Virus record (IMG/VR): IMGVR_UViG_3300025674_000018
Length of the DNA: 64,000 nt
Direction: 5' to 3' (one strand)
Source of the DNA: an uncultured virus (IMG/VR IMGVR_UViG_3300025674_000018)
Lineage: Duplodnaviria; Heunggongvirae; Uroviricota; Caudoviricetes; Kyanoviridae
Shown here one piece after another: positions 40,658 through 51,243 of this stretch (positions within the stretch are counted from its first letter, which is position 1; each line of letters opens with the position of its first letter). Under the pieces are notes generated by a model that did not search any database, had not been told where the DNA came from, and was given only the letters and a program-made list of their open reading frames with translations. The position numbers were made by a program, and so were the translations under genes.

Positions 40658-40681
40658 GAGTCCCTGCGGGGACTCTTTTTT
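40658..40681 (+). terminator. Rho-independent terminator
   Basis: GAGTCCC-tgcg-GGGACTC stem-loop followed by TTTTTT. Confidence 0.85.
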
Positions 40682-40687
40682 ATTTGG

Positions 40688-40695
40688 CATAAATA
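40688..40695 (+). promoter_or_regulatory. Late promoter CATAAATA
   Basis: Directly after the terminator and upstream of the fibre gene. Confidence 0.75.
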
Positions 40696-40734
40696 ACTCA
40701 TATAGCACTGTGCAGTTGCAAGGGTCCTTAAGCA

Positions 40735-43700
40735 ATGGCAAATAGAATTCAACTTAGAAGAGATGGTGCTCAGCAATGGGCAAACATCAACCCCATTCTC
40801 GCCCAAGGCGAATTGGGAATTGAGATTGACACTTCGCGTATCAAAATCGGTGATGGTGTTACTCCATGGAACTCGCTTAAGTATGAGCGACCACTGGAGA
40901 CTGAATCTAACACCGCCAATACTCTTGTTAAGAGAGACGCTGATGGTAACTTTGAAGCAGGTGCTATTACTGCTTCACTGGTTGGTAACGCTTCTACTGC
41001 AACTAGACTCGCAAACGCTAGACAGATCTCGCTTGGTGGCGACATGTCTGGTAGTGGCACGTTTGATGGATCCGCAAACCTGACCATTACTGCTGAATTG
41101 AATTATGTGGTGGCACTTCCCCACTACGATGAGCAAGACCTAGATGCAACAGGCACATATACAAGAATTACAGTTGACTCTCGTGGTCGTATCGTTGACG
41201 CCGATAACCCGACAACCCTGACTGACTTCGGTATTGCTGACGCTCAACCGTTGGACAGTGACCTGACTTCTATTGCAGGCATGACCTCCTTTGGTTTGAT
41301 GTCTCGTCAAGCAGAAGGCACCATTACAACTCGCACCATCACTGGTGGTAGTGGTCGTATCATTGTCCAGAATGGTAATGCCCAATCGGCAAACCCATTC
41401 ATCGACCTTGCAGATACCACTGTGGTGGTTGGTTACTATAACCCCACTGGAAACCTTGACACTCCTCTGATCTCGGTCAATCTTCCCAGTGACCGCACAG
41501 TCAATACAACAGAATTTACAGTTGACCGTTATGGTCGATTGACGCAGGCACTCACGATTCCCATTGCAACAGCAACCGAGGGATCCGAAGAGGCAGACTA
41601 TGATAATGCCGTAGCATATTCTCGTTATGATAAAGTCAAAAATTCAGGTAGTCGCCTTTATGAGGCTATCCTTGATATACCTGCAGGCGGCGGCGAGCCT
41701 ACACATACAGACACCTCTGACACAGGCTCTTGGAGATATCTCGGATCTGCTTCCTACCCACAGAAAGGTCTAGCATCCTTCAACCAGGAAGACTTTGATG
41801 TAACTGCATGGGATCCTGCTAACAGTTATGAGGGCGGTTTTGTTAGCATCGCCGCTGCTGGTGTTGATAACTGGCAACTTCAAAATAACAGAATCTCCTT
41901 TGCCGATGGAAACACAAAAGAAGATTTTGAGCTTGACCAAGAACTTACTGCAACCACTGGATACAGAGGATTCAATTATCTTAACTACGTCAAAGTTAAT
42001 GATACGAGTGGCAATCTTCTGTTTGGCGCTAATAATACAGGGGACGGTGGCGCTGGTGAGATTGATGTCAACGTCCGTTCCTATTTTTCTGATCCCAATA
42101 TCGATCTGGATGGCGCTCTGGATCAACTCATTGATAAGTATGGAGATGGTAACCTAGACATCTTCCTTACACAAAACTCTGCTAGCAATCGTCAGTTTAG
42201 TATTGCTTCTACCAACGCTGGCACTGGTCAAGCACTGCTCGACATTTCGGCAGACAACGACATCACGATCTATGCTACTGATGTCAACAGCAGAGTTAAT
42301 GTTGAGGACTTCCACTTCCAAGATAACGTCCTGTCCACCACCAACTCTACGATGGTGCTGGATCCCAATGACGACGATGACGTTACTGGTCTTGTTAGAA
42401 TCCGTGGTGACCTGCAAGTCGATGGCACCACAACAACTGTCAACAGTGTAACGACCACCATCCAAGATCCCATTATCACTCTGGGTGGCGAAGATACTCT
42501 TACACTAGATGACAATCTTGACAGAGGTATCGAGTTTAGATACTATGATAGTCAAGAGAGATTTGGTTTCTTTGGCTGGGATGAAGATTACGCAGACTCT
42601 AACATTTGGAATGGCACTGGCGGCTATCGCTTCCTCTACAACGCGACTAACACAAGCGAAGTTTATTCTGGCACTGACGCTGCTCTCATTGCTGGTAACC
42701 TCCGACTCACAACAAATACAGGATCCTCCTCTACCACAACAGGCACCCTAGTTGTTACTGGTGGCGTTGGTATTTCTGAGAATGTCTACATCGGCGGCAC
42801 CGTTGACATCACAAACGATCTAGATATCAACTCTGGTCAGTTTGTCGTTACTGCCTCTAACGGAGACATTTATACTCAAGGTGATCTGACCGTTGATAGC
42901 AACGTCACCCTGGGCAATGCATCTACCGATCTTGTGCTGGTCAACTCCGACACAACCTTTGAAGATGACGTTCGCATCTCTGGTCCAAACACTGTTTTCA
43001 CTATCAATGATGGTAGTGTCACTAAGTTTGAAGTTGATACTGACACTGGCAATACTGTCATTCAAGGCACTGTCAACGTTATTTCCGCTGTTGATTTTGA
43101 CAATACTCTTAATGTTGACGGCGCTGTAAGTTTCAACAATACTCTTGATGTTGATCTGGACTCCGTATTCCATGATGACATCACTTTAGATACCACTGGC
43201 AAATACTTCAAAATTACTAATGGTGTAAGCGATAAGTTTACTGTCCTATCTACCAATGGTAATACTGATATTCGTGGCACCCTTGATGTTGGATCTGCTG
43301 TCCACTTTGAGTCCACTTTGCAGGTTGATGGCAACATCACCTTTGGCAATGCTGGCACAGATATCCTTACAATCAATTCCGATACAACCATCACAGATAA
43401 CCTGACTGTTAATCTGGCGGTTGACTTTGACAGCACCCTGAATGTTGATGGCGCTGTTGATTTTAATAACACACTGACCGTTGATGGTGCTACAACCATC
43501 TATAACGATGTGTTGTTTAGATCTGGTAACAAGTCCTTCCAAATTCAGAATGGGTCTTCACAGACAGAATTTAGTGTTGACTTTGATAACGGTAATACTG
43601 AAATCGGTCGTGTTGGTCAGGGCACTGCTGCTCTAGGCACGCTGATTGTCCATGGTGACAGCACATTCAACAGAGATGTATTTATCAACGGCAACACCAG

Positions 43701-46700
43701 AATTGGTGATGCTGCCACAGATATTCTTACTGTCAACTCTGTCACCACATTCACCGATGATGTGACTGTGGATGGGGACCTTCTGGTAAACAGCAACACA
43801 ACTATTGAAGGTAACCTTACCGTCAATGGCGTAACCACAACAGTCAACTCTACGGTCACCACGATCGATGATCCTGTGATCACCCTGGGTGGCGACACAG
43901 CACCGATTTCTAACGACGCTAAGGATCGTGGTGTTGAATTCCGCTACTACGACACTTCTGCGAAATTAGGTTTCTTTGGATGGGATACCAGTGCAGGTCG
44001 ATACGCCCTCTATCACAACGCTACAAACGCCTCAGAGGCGTTTAACGGCACTCGGAGTGGTATAGACGCAGGCAGCATTAAATTATTCGATGTAACCAAT
44101 TCTACGTCCTCCTCGACGGGCACCCTGATCGTTGGTGGTGGTGTTGGTATCGGTCTCGATCTTTATGTTGGTGATGATCTGAATGTTGCCGACGATACTG
44201 CCATTGGTGGCAACCTGAGTGTTACTGGTGGTCTGTCAACTCAAAGCAACTTTAATGTTGGCACTGTCTTTACTGTTGGGATCAGCACAGGTAATACTTA
44301 CGTTGGTGGAAACCTGCAGGTCCAAGGTAACGCCACTATTGGTAATGCTGGGACTGACGCTCATGTCGTTAATGGCACAGTCACATTCAACCAAGCGATT
44401 ACCTCAACAGACATCACTGCCGATCAGATCAGAATTGGTGTTGACGCTTCTAACGAAATCAGCACAACCGCAGGAAATCTGATCCTCGATTCTGTTGGTG
44501 GCACTGTTAATATCACAGATAATCTTGACGTTGATCTGGATCTGAATGTTGACGGTAACACTAAGATCGATGGCACTCTGACTGTTGATGGTAATGCAAC
44601 AATCGGTAACGCTGGCACTGATGCACATGTGGTTAATGGCACGGTCACATTCAACCATGCGATTACTTCCACCGACATCACGGCGGACAGCATCAAGATC
44701 GGCGTTGATGGTGCGACCGAAATCTCCACCACAGCAGGAAACCTGATCCTTGACTCCGCTGCTGGCAAGGTTCACATCACAGATAATGCTGAGGTAGATG
44801 GATTCCTGCAAGTAGACGGTAACACCACTCTTGGCAATGCATCTGGCGATACTCTGACAGTCAACGCTACATCTACATTTAACGCTCCAATCACTTCCAC
44901 GGACATCACTGCCGATAACATTAAGATCGGTGTTGATGGATCTTCTGAGATCAGCACATCTGCAGGTAACCTGACACTCGACTCTGCTACTGGTGAAGTC
45001 ATTGTTGATGACAACCTTACAGTCAATGGCACTCTGGATGTAAACCTCCTTACAACTATCACCGATAGTTTGGTGATCAACTCTGCCAACGATGAATTCC
45101 TGATTCAGAATGGCAGCAACATCACTAAGTTTTCTGTTGACACTGATAACGGCAACACATTTGCTGCTGGCACTCTTAACGTTTCTGGCAACGCTGACTT
45201 TGGCATCGACGTTAACATTGTTGATGACCTTGTGGTTGGCGACAACACAACGGTTGGTGGTCAGGTGTTTGTTAATGACACAACTAACGTAACCAATCTA
45301 CCCACACTCTTCACCCCTGGTGGTGCCCTGCAAGTCGCAGGTGGTGCTTCATTTGCTGGCAACGTTGCATTTGGTGGTGACATCCAAATCTATGGTGACT
45401 TTGAGGTAGATGGTAACGTGGTCCAGAAGGGTAGTCAGGAATTCCGTGGTAGAGTCCTCTTCTCCAATAGCACCAACCCCTCCAGTCTTTCTTCTAACGC
45501 TGCCGTTAGACTGTCTACAGGTGGCATGACCGTTGCTGATGATGTCTTCATCGGTCAGAAACTGACACTGGGTCCAAACAACGCTGGCACTATTGTGCTT
45601 AACGGCACAACTGGTGCTGCTACTATTGGTGGCACCCTTGGAGTTACTGGTGCTTCCACCTTTACAACCGTCAATACTGCAACACTCAACACCACAGCAT
45701 CTGCCAACATCGGTGGTAGTATCCTGGTCAATACTAATAAGTTTATTGTCCAAGGTAACACTGGTAATACTGATATTGCAGGCACACTTGATGTCACTGG
45801 TGCAACAACACTCGATGCAACCCTTCACGTCATCAATGGCGTTGACTTTGACTCGACTCTGAATGTCGATGGTGCTAGCACATTCAACAATACGATCACT
45901 CAAAACAGCACAACCAGATTTAATGACAACGTTGTGCTGCAGGGTGCTAGCAAGACACTGCAACTTAATAATGGATCTGGCACCACTAAGATCGAGTTGC
46001 AATCCACAAGTGGTAACATCATTGCTGGTGGTCTCACAACAACCAACTCCCTGGATGTTACTACCAACACCACGATCGGTGGCACTCTGGGTGTTACGGG
46101 TCAGATCACTGGTAATGTCACTGGCAACCTGACTGGTATCGCAGATAGGGCAGATCTGGTCAACATTACAGAGACTGCATCTTCTAATCTTACCTACTAC
46201 ATACCTTTTGTCTCCACTAACACTGGATACACAGAGGTCCGCACAGACTCGACCAACCTTACCTACAACCCCAGCACAAACACACTGCAAGTTAACAACT
46301 TCAAGTCAACTACAGACTTTGAAGTGCAGGGTAACTTGAATGTGACGGGAACCATCACATTCTTCCAGTCTCAGGTTGGTAGTATTGCTAACCACGATAC
46401 AGATGCTCTGGCAGAAGGCGTTAGCAATCTCTACTTCACTGATGAGAGAGTTGATGATCGTGTTGCTGCACTGATCAGTGGCGGCACAGGTATTACCGCT
46501 ACTTATGATGATGCTGGTAACCTTCTGACTCTGAGTGCTGAGTTTAGTGAGTTTGATACTGACAACATTGTTGAGGGGACCACAAATCTCTTCACTACTG
46601 CTGCCCGCACTCAGAGTCACTTCACTTACGGCACTGGTATTCAACTCTCTGCTGGCGATCTGTCGATTGCCTTTAATGAGTTTACCTCCGATAGCATTGT

Positions 46701-47532
46701 TGAGGGATCTACCAATCTCTTCATCACAGACTCTCGTGTCCGTGGTGCCCTGAGTGCATCTGGTGATTTGTCTTACAATGCTTCCACTGGTGATTTTAGT
46801 TTCACTGAGCGCACAGATGCTGAGGTGAATGGACTTGCTGATGCTCGTATTGCACTTCAAGTGGGTGCAAACCTCGATCTGTCTCAGAAGTCCACCACGA
46901 ATCTCACTGAGGGCACTAACCTCTACTACACACAGGCTCGTGTTGATGCTCGTATCAGTGCTTTCGCTGGCAACTACGCAACCGCTGCTCAGGGTGCATT
47001 GGCAGATACTGCTATTCAACCTGCTGACCTTGCTGCTGTTGCTACCTCTGGTGCTTATTCTGACTTGTCTGGTCTGCCGACACTCTTCTCTGGTGCCTAT
47101 GCAGATCTGACTGGCACTCCCACTCTTGCTGCTGTTGCTACCTCTGGTGCCTACAGCGATCTCAGTGGCACACCCACTCTTGCTGCTGTTGCCACTTCTG
47201 GTGCTTATAGCGACCTGTCTGGCACACCTACTCTTGCTGCTGTTGCCACCTCTGGTGCCTACAGCGATTTGTCTGGCACACCAACAATCAGCACATTCGG
47301 TGCATCTCTGATTGATGATACATCTGCATCTGCTGCTCGCACCACTCTGGGTCTTGGCACCGCTGCTACTACAAACAGCACTGCATATGCAACTGCTGCT
47401 CAGGGCACCACTGCCGATACTAATGATGCTGACATTGATGACATCTATACTGCCCTCAATGCAATTGGTAATGATCCTAGTGTTACAACAGTCGCTCAAC
47501 TCAAGGCTGCTCTCGCTGCTCTCACTCGCTGA
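40735..47532 (+). CDS. Long fibre protein (2,265 aa)
   Basis: N-terminal RIQLRRD..QW..INPILAQGELGIEIDT.RIKIGDG..PWNSL module; extensive G/T/D/V-rich beta repeats; duplicated DP.ITLGG..DRG.EFRYYD blocks; positioned before g13. Confidence 0.85.
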   Translation: MANRIQLRRDGAQQWANINPILAQGELGIEIDTSRIKIGDGVTPWNSLKYERPLETESNTANTLVKRDADGNFEAGAITASLVGNASTATRLANARQISLGGDMSGSGTFDGSANLTITAELNYVVALPHYDEQDLDATGTYTRITVDSRGRIVDADNPTTLTDFGIADAQPLDSDLTSIAGMTSFGLMSRQAEGTITTRTITGGSGRIIVQNGNAQSANPFIDLADTTVVVGYYNPTGNLDTPLISVNLPSDRTVNTTEFTVDRYGRLTQALTIPIATATEGSEEADYDNAVAYSRYDKVKNSGSRLYEAILDIPAGGGEPTHTDTSDTGSWRYLGSASYPQKGLASFNQEDFDVTAWDPANSYEGGFVSIAAAGVDNWQLQNNRISFADGNTKEDFELDQELTATTGYRGFNYLNYVKVNDTSGNLLFGANNTGDGGAGEIDVNVRSYFSDPNIDLDGALDQLIDKYGDGNLDIFLTQNSASNRQFSIASTNAGTGQALLDISADNDITIYATDVNSRVNVEDFHFQDNVLSTTNSTMVLDPNDDDDVTGLVRIRGDLQVDGTTTTVNSVTTTIQDPIITLGGEDTLTLDDNLDRGIEFRYYDSQERFGFFGWDEDYADSNIWNGTGGYRFLYNATNTSEVYSGTDAALIAGNLRLTTNTGSSSTTTGTLVVTGGVGISENVYIGGTVDITNDLDINSGQFVVTASNGDIYTQGDLTVDSNVTLGNASTDLVLVNSDTTFEDDVRISGPNTVFTINDGSVTKFEVDTDTGNTVIQGTVNVISAVDFDNTLNVDGAVSFNNTLDVDLDSVFHDDITLDTTGKYFKITNGVSDKFTVLSTNGNTDIRGTLDVGSAVHFESTLQVDGNITFGNAGTDILTINSDTTITDNLTVNLAVDFDSTLNVDGAVDFNNTLTVDGATTIYNDVLFRSGNKSFQIQNGSSQTEFSVDFDNGNTEIGRVGQGTAALGTLIVHGDSTFNRDVFINGNTRIGDAATDILTVNSVTTFTDDVTVDGDLLVNSNTTIEGNLTVNGVTTTVNSTVTTIDDPVITLGGDTAPISNDAKDRGVEFRYYDTSAKLGFFGWDTSAGRYALYHNATNASEAFNGTRSGIDAGSIKLFDVTNSTSSSTGTLIVGGGVGIGLDLYVGDDLNVADDTAIGGNLSVTGGLSTQSNFNVGTVFTVGISTGNTYVGGNLQVQGNATIGNAGTDAHVVNGTVTFNQAITSTDITADQIRIGVDASNEISTTAGNLILDSVGGTVNITDNLDVDLDLNVDGNTKIDGTLTVDGNATIGNAGTDAHVVNGTVTFNHAITSTDITADSIKIGVDGATEISTTAGNLILDSAAGKVHITDNAEVDGFLQVDGNTTLGNASGDTLTVNATSTFNAPITSTDITADNIKIGVDGSSEISTSAGNLTLDSATGEVIVDDNLTVNGTLDVNLLTTITDSLVINSANDEFLIQNGSNITKFSVDTDNGNTFAAGTLNVSGNADFGIDVNIVDDLVVGDNTTVGGQVFVNDTTNVTNLPTLFTPGGALQVAGGASFAGNVAFGGDIQIYGDFEVDGNVVQKGSQEFRGRVLFSNSTNPSSLSSNAAVRLSTGGMTVADDVFIGQKLTLGPNNAGTIVLNGTTGAATIGGTLGVTGASTFTTVNTATLNTTASANIGGSILVNTNKFIVQGNTGNTDIAGTLDVTGATTLDATLHVINGVDFDSTLNVDGASTFNNTITQNSTTRFNDNVVLQGASKTLQLNNGSGTTKIELQSTSGNIIAGGLTTTNSLDVTTNTTIGGTLGVTGQITGNVTGNLTGIADRADLVNITETASSNLTYYIPFVSTNTGYTEVRTDSTNLTYNPSTNTLQVNNFKSTTDFEVQGNLNVTGTITFFQSQVGSIANHDTDALAEGVSNLYFTDERVDDRVAALISGGTGITATYDDAGNLLTLSAEFSEFDTDNIVEGTTNLFTTAARTQSHFTYGTGIQLSAGDLSIAFNEFTSDSIVEGSTNLFITDSRVRGALSASGDLSYNASTGDFSFTERTDAEVNGLADARIALQVGANLDLSQKSTTNLTEGTNLYYTQARVDARISAFAGNYATAAQGALADTAIQPADLAAVATSGAYSDLSGLPTLFSGAYADLTGTPTLAAVATSGAYSDLSGTPTLAAVATSGAYSDLSGTPTLAAVATSGAYSDLSGTPTISTFGASLIDDTSASAARTTLGLGTAATTNSTAYATAAQGTTADTNDADIDDIYTALNAIGNDPSVTTVAQLKAALAALTR
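47029..47286 (+). repeat. 54-nt coding tandem repeat (LAAVATSGAYSDLSG[T/L]PT x4, plus one shortened unit)
   Basis: Units are visible directly and differ mainly at synonymous positions. Confidence 0.9.
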
Positions 47533-47538
47533 TAACTA

Positions 47539-48345
47539 ATGGCATCTCCAACATCTAAAGCAGAACTCAAAGAATACTGCCTCCGTAGACTGGGTAAACC
47601 AGTCTTAGAGATCAACGTATCCGATGATCAAGTCGATGATGCGATCGACTATACGATCCAGAAGTTTCAGCAATTTCATTACGAAGGTGCTGAGCGTGTC
47701 TACCTGAAGCATCAGATTACTCAGGATGTTATCGATCGTGCTAAGGGCACAAATGATACGTCTAGTGTTTCTAAAGCAGGTAACGATACTTGGAAAGAGG
47801 GTAACGGATATATTGAAGTGCCTGACCACATTACTGCCATTGAGGGTCTCTTCTCCTTTACGGACAAGGGCACTCGCAATATGTTTGATATTAGATATCA
47901 GATGCGTCTGAATGATCTATATGATTTTACTTCGACTCAGTTTTATCACTACTATATGATCCAGCAGCACCTGGAGACTATTGATTTTATTCTCGAAGGT
48001 ATCAAACCAGTTAGATATTCCCAAGTGCAAGATCGTTTATATCTTGACTTTGACTGGACTGCAGATGCACTGGTTGATCAATATATTGTTATCAAGTGTT
48101 GGCGTGCTCTCGACCCTAATACTTGGACTGAGATCTATAATCAGATGTGGGTCAAAGACTATGCCACTGCAAAGATCAAGAAGCAGTGGGGTCAAAATCT
48201 TACCAAGTTTTCTGGTGTGCAAATGCCTGGTGGCGTCACTCTGAATGGTGAGATGATTTATAATGATGCTGTTGAGGAGTTAAAGATCCTTGACGAGCAA
48301 CTTCGCACAACATGGGAAACACCTCCTCTGGACATGATAGGCTGA
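47539..48345 (+). CDS. g13: Neck protein gp13
   Basis: LKEYCLRRLGKPVLEINV and WVKDYATAKIKKQWGQNL.KF.GVQMPGGVTLNG. Confidence 0.95.
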   Translation: MASPTSKAELKEYCLRRLGKPVLEINVSDDQVDDAIDYTIQKFQQFHYEGAERVYLKHQITQDVIDRAKGTNDTSSVSKAGNDTWKEGNGYIEVPDHITAIEGLFSFTDKGTRNMFDIRYQMRLNDLYDFTSTQFYHYYMIQQHLETIDFILEGIKPVRYSQVQDRLYLDFDWTADALVDQYIVIKCWRALDPNTWTEIYNQMWVKDYATAKIKKQWGQNLTKFSGVQMPGGVTLNGEMIYNDAVEELKILDEQLRTTWETPPLDMIG

Positions 48346-48346
48346 T

Positions 48347-49462
48347 ATGGCACTCAATCCTTACTTCACTCAAGGCACTACAGGTGAGCAGGACCTTACA
48401 GAGTCCCTGGTCATCGAGCAGATCAAGATGTTTGGGAAGAATATCTATTATATTCCCAGGACTCTAGTAAAAGAAGATTCTATATTTGGGGAGGACACCC
48501 TCTCAAGATTCGATGGCGCTTTTGAGATTGAAGCGTATGTTGAGGATGCTGGCGGTTTCCGTGGAGACGGAGACATGTTTAGTAAGTTTGGTGTGAGGAT
48601 CTCTGATCAAGTAACCTTTATTATATCTCGCACAAGATTTACTGAAGCAGTCGATGATAATGCTACGTTGATTGTTGAGGGTCGCCCTAATGAAGGTGAC
48701 CTCGTGCATTTCCCTTTGGCAGGTAAAACATTTGAGATTCAATTTGTAGAGCACGAAATCCCATTCTTCCAACTTGGTAAGATTCATACTTGGGGTCTTC
48801 GCTGTGAGCTCTTTGAATACAGTGATGAGGATATTGACACTGGTATTGCTGAGGTTGATGCTATTCAGACAAACTTTGCTGCATCTATCAAACTCGTTAT
48901 GGATCCTGGTGGCACAGGAGACTTCGTTGTTGGTGAAGAGATTGTTGGAGATCTTTACAGGGCATTCGCAACCTCCACACTTACTGGAGATGCAGTTACT
49001 GCAGTGACTATTACCGATGGTGGAAACCACTACAACAGTGCCATTCCTCCCACGGTCACATTCTCTGCACCTACAACTGGCACAACCGCAACAGGCACTG
49101 CTGTAGTTAATGCCAGTGGTCTTGTTACTTCTATAACTATCACTAATGGTGGTAGTGGATACACATCAGCACCAACTATTACTATTGATTACTCTCCTAA
49201 GGATAACCGAGCAGAGGTCAAGTCTTGGAGTAATGTTACTAGAGAATTGCATGTGCTTAATCGCACAGGCACCTTCAATACTGCCGAAACCATTAGGGGT
49301 CTTACCTCTGGTGCTCTTTGGAGTCCTGAGACGTATAACACGCTAAATAATACGAATCTAAGTGATACTGTCGATCAAAATTATATTTTTGAGACCGAGG
49401 CAGATGATATCCTAGACTTCACGGAAACAAATCCATTTGGCGAGTTTGGTAACGCACAGTAA
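48347..49462 (+). CDS. g14: Neck protein gp14 with inserted GSGY module
   Basis: EQDL.ESLVIEQIKMFG..IYYIPR, RPNEGDLVHFP, FEIQFVEHE.PFFQLGK, LDFTETNPFG. Confidence 0.93.
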   Translation: MALNPYFTQGTTGEQDLTESLVIEQIKMFGKNIYYIPRTLVKEDSIFGEDTLSRFDGAFEIEAYVEDAGGFRGDGDMFSKFGVRISDQVTFIISRTRFTEAVDDNATLIVEGRPNEGDLVHFPLAGKTFEIQFVEHEIPFFQLGKIHTWGLRCELFEYSDEDIDTGIAEVDAIQTNFAASIKLVMDPGGTGDFVVGEEIVGDLYRAFATSTLTGDAVTAVTITDGGNHYNSAIPPTVTFSAPTTGTTATGTAVVNASGLVTSITITNGGSGYTSAPTITIDYSPKDNRAEVKSWSNVTRELHVLNRTGTFNTAETIRGLTSGALWSPETYNTLNNTNLSDTVDQNYIFETEADDILDFTETNPFGEFGNAQ

Positions 49463-50253
49463 TGCTAGGATCCTATTCATACCACGAGATAATCAAGAAG
49501 ACAGTCGTTGCCTTTGGCACACTGTTTAATAACATCGAGCTTAGACGCACGGCTGGTGATAAGACAGAAGTGATGAAAGTGCCGTTGGCATATGGTCCTA
49601 AGCAGAAGTTTTTGGCACGTCTTCGTCAGGTTGGAGATCTGACTGAAAAGGACCAAACACAAATTACTCTCCCTAGAATCTCTTTTGAGATTAACGGGAT
49701 TGCATATGATCCTTCACGAAAACTCTCTCCCACATCCTATATTCGTCATACGACGGACTCGACTCGTACTGGATTTATGCCAGTCCCATACAACATCAAT
49801 TTTGAGTTGTCTATTCTGTCTAAGAATCAGGATGATGCCCTACAAATTCTTGAGCAAATTCTTCCTTATTTTCAACCAAACTTCAACCTCACAATGAATC
49901 TAATTCCTGAGCTTGGAGAGAAACGTGACTATCCAGTAACTCTTCAGTCTGTGGAATACAGCGATGAGTATGAGGGTGACTATGATACCAGACGCACACT
50001 GATATATACTTTACAGTTTCAAGCCAAAACATATCTCTACGGTCCTGTCCAAGACAAGAGTGGAGAGCTTATCCGCGAGGTCATCGTGGATTATGCAACC
50101 GAGGCAAGAATCACTGCTCCAAGAGAGGTGCGTTACACTGTTAAACCCGATCCTCTGGATGCAGACCCAGATGATAACTTCGGATTCAATGAACTCTATA
50201 GTGAATTTACAGATGGACTCTCAAGAAACCCAGTCACAGGAATTGACGAATAA
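49462..50253 (+). CDS. g15: Tail sheath stabilizer/terminator gp15
   Basis: YHEIIKKTVVAFGTLFNNI, KVPLAYGPKQKFLAR, LPRISFE, QILEQILPYFQP. Confidence 0.95.
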   Translation: MLGSYSYHEIIKKTVVAFGTLFNNIELRRTAGDKTEVMKVPLAYGPKQKFLARLRQVGDLTEKDQTQITLPRISFEINGIAYDPSRKLSPTSYIRHTTDSTRTGFMPVPYNINFELSILSKNQDDALQILEQILPYFQPNFNLTMNLIPELGEKRDYPVTLQSVEYSDEYEGDYDTRRTLIYTLQFQAKTYLYGPVQDKSGELIREVIVDYATEARITAPREVRYTVKPDPLDADPDDNFGFNELYSEFTDGLSRNPVTGIDE

Positions 50254-50257
50254 GTTT

Positions 50258-50671
50258 ATGAAGTTTGAGGGTATCGAAGATGCCCTTGATGTTGAAACTG
50301 ATATCGTTAAGGAAGAAAAAAAAGAAATACAAAAGGTAGAAGAATTTACTGCCTCAACCAAGGAGCAGTTAAAGAAAGACTACGAGTATACTCGTGGGAA
50401 TCTATATTCTCTGATCGAGAAAGGTCAGGAAGCAGTAGATGGTATCTTGGAATTAGCACAGGAATCTGACCAACCTCGTGCTTATGAGGTTGCTGGTCAG
50501 TTAATCAAGCACGTTGGTGACGTTGCTGACAAACTTGTAGATCTTCAAAAGAAGGTCGCTGAGATTGAGAATCCCAAGAAAACCAAAGAGGTCAACACTA
50601 CAAACAATACTATGTTTGTGGGTAGCACAGCAGATCTCGCCAAGTTTCTAAAACAACAACGCGATAAATAG
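50258..50671 (+). CDS. g16: Terminase small subunit gp16
   Basis: DYEYTRGNL, AQESDQPRAYEVAGQLIK, NNTMFVGSTADL; the ATG at 50258 is preferred over the track's 50060. Confidence 0.93.
   Translation: MKFEGIEDALDVETDIVKEEKKEIQKVEEFTASTKEQLKKDYEYTRGNLYSLIEKGQEAVDGILELAQESDQPRAYEVAGQLIKHVGDVADKLVDLQKKVAEIENPKKTKEVNTTNNTMFVGSTADLAKFLKQQRDK
50663..50670 (+). promoter_or_regulatory. Late promoter GATAAATA
   Basis: NATAAATA at the end of g16, 26 nt upstream of the next ORF. Confidence 0.7.
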
Positions 50672-50696
50672 TACAGAAGAAATCTAACTGAGTGCC

Positions 50697-51239
50697 ATGT
50701 CATCGAATGTAACAACACCCGTGCAGGATTTGGGTAGTCTCACAGATAATAGTGATACTCCTCAAACAACTGCTGCATATACAGTGAAAACTGGATTATA
50801 CAGATTTATCAATGTTGATTCGCATAGCAATCACTTTGCATGGGGTGGTGCTCCTGATGTAACGACGGATATGGTGATCCATATGCCTGTCAATGGTGCT
50901 GAAATCTTCAAACTTGCCAAACCCAAGAAAGCAAACATCATTGCTGCTACTGCTGCTAATCCCTGTGTCCTGACTGTTGGTGGCGGTGGCACTCCTGCTC
51001 ATCCCTTCGTAGTCGGTGATTATGTTACCATCACTGGTGGTGATACTGCTGCTTACAACGTAACTCATGCTGAGGTTACTGCTGTAACTGACACAACTAT
51101 CACCATTGCCTCCGACCAGTCTGCTAGTGCTGCGTTTGCAGGTGCCGCTACTGTTGCTAACAGCATCAAGATTCAGGCAAAGGGTGATACCAGTAATGGC
51201 ATGACCATGTATATCAACGAAGTCCAAGTACAGGGTTGA
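50697..51239 (+). CDS. Putative virion structural protein
   Basis: Has a late promoter; its ATAANPCVLT..HPFVVGDYVTITG beta module is like those in g7. Confidence 0.65.
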   Translation: MSSNVTTPVQDLGSLTDNSDTPQTTAAYTVKTGLYRFINVDSHSNHFAWGGAPDVTTDMVIHMPVNGAEIFKLAKPKKANIIAATAANPCVLTVGGGGTPAHPFVVGDYVTITGGDTAAYNVTHAEVTAVTDTTITIASDQSASAAFAGAATVANSIKIQAKGDTSNGMTMYINEVQVQG

Positions 51240-51243
51240 TGAC

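Noticed and set aside
40735..40890. Mtd-like N-terminus suggesting a diversity-generating retroelement
   Set aside because: No reverse transcriptase and no template/variable repeat pair with adenine-specific differences seen in the window.
47029..47286. Possible CRISPR-like array
   Set aside because: In-frame coding repeats with synonymous variation and no unique spacers.
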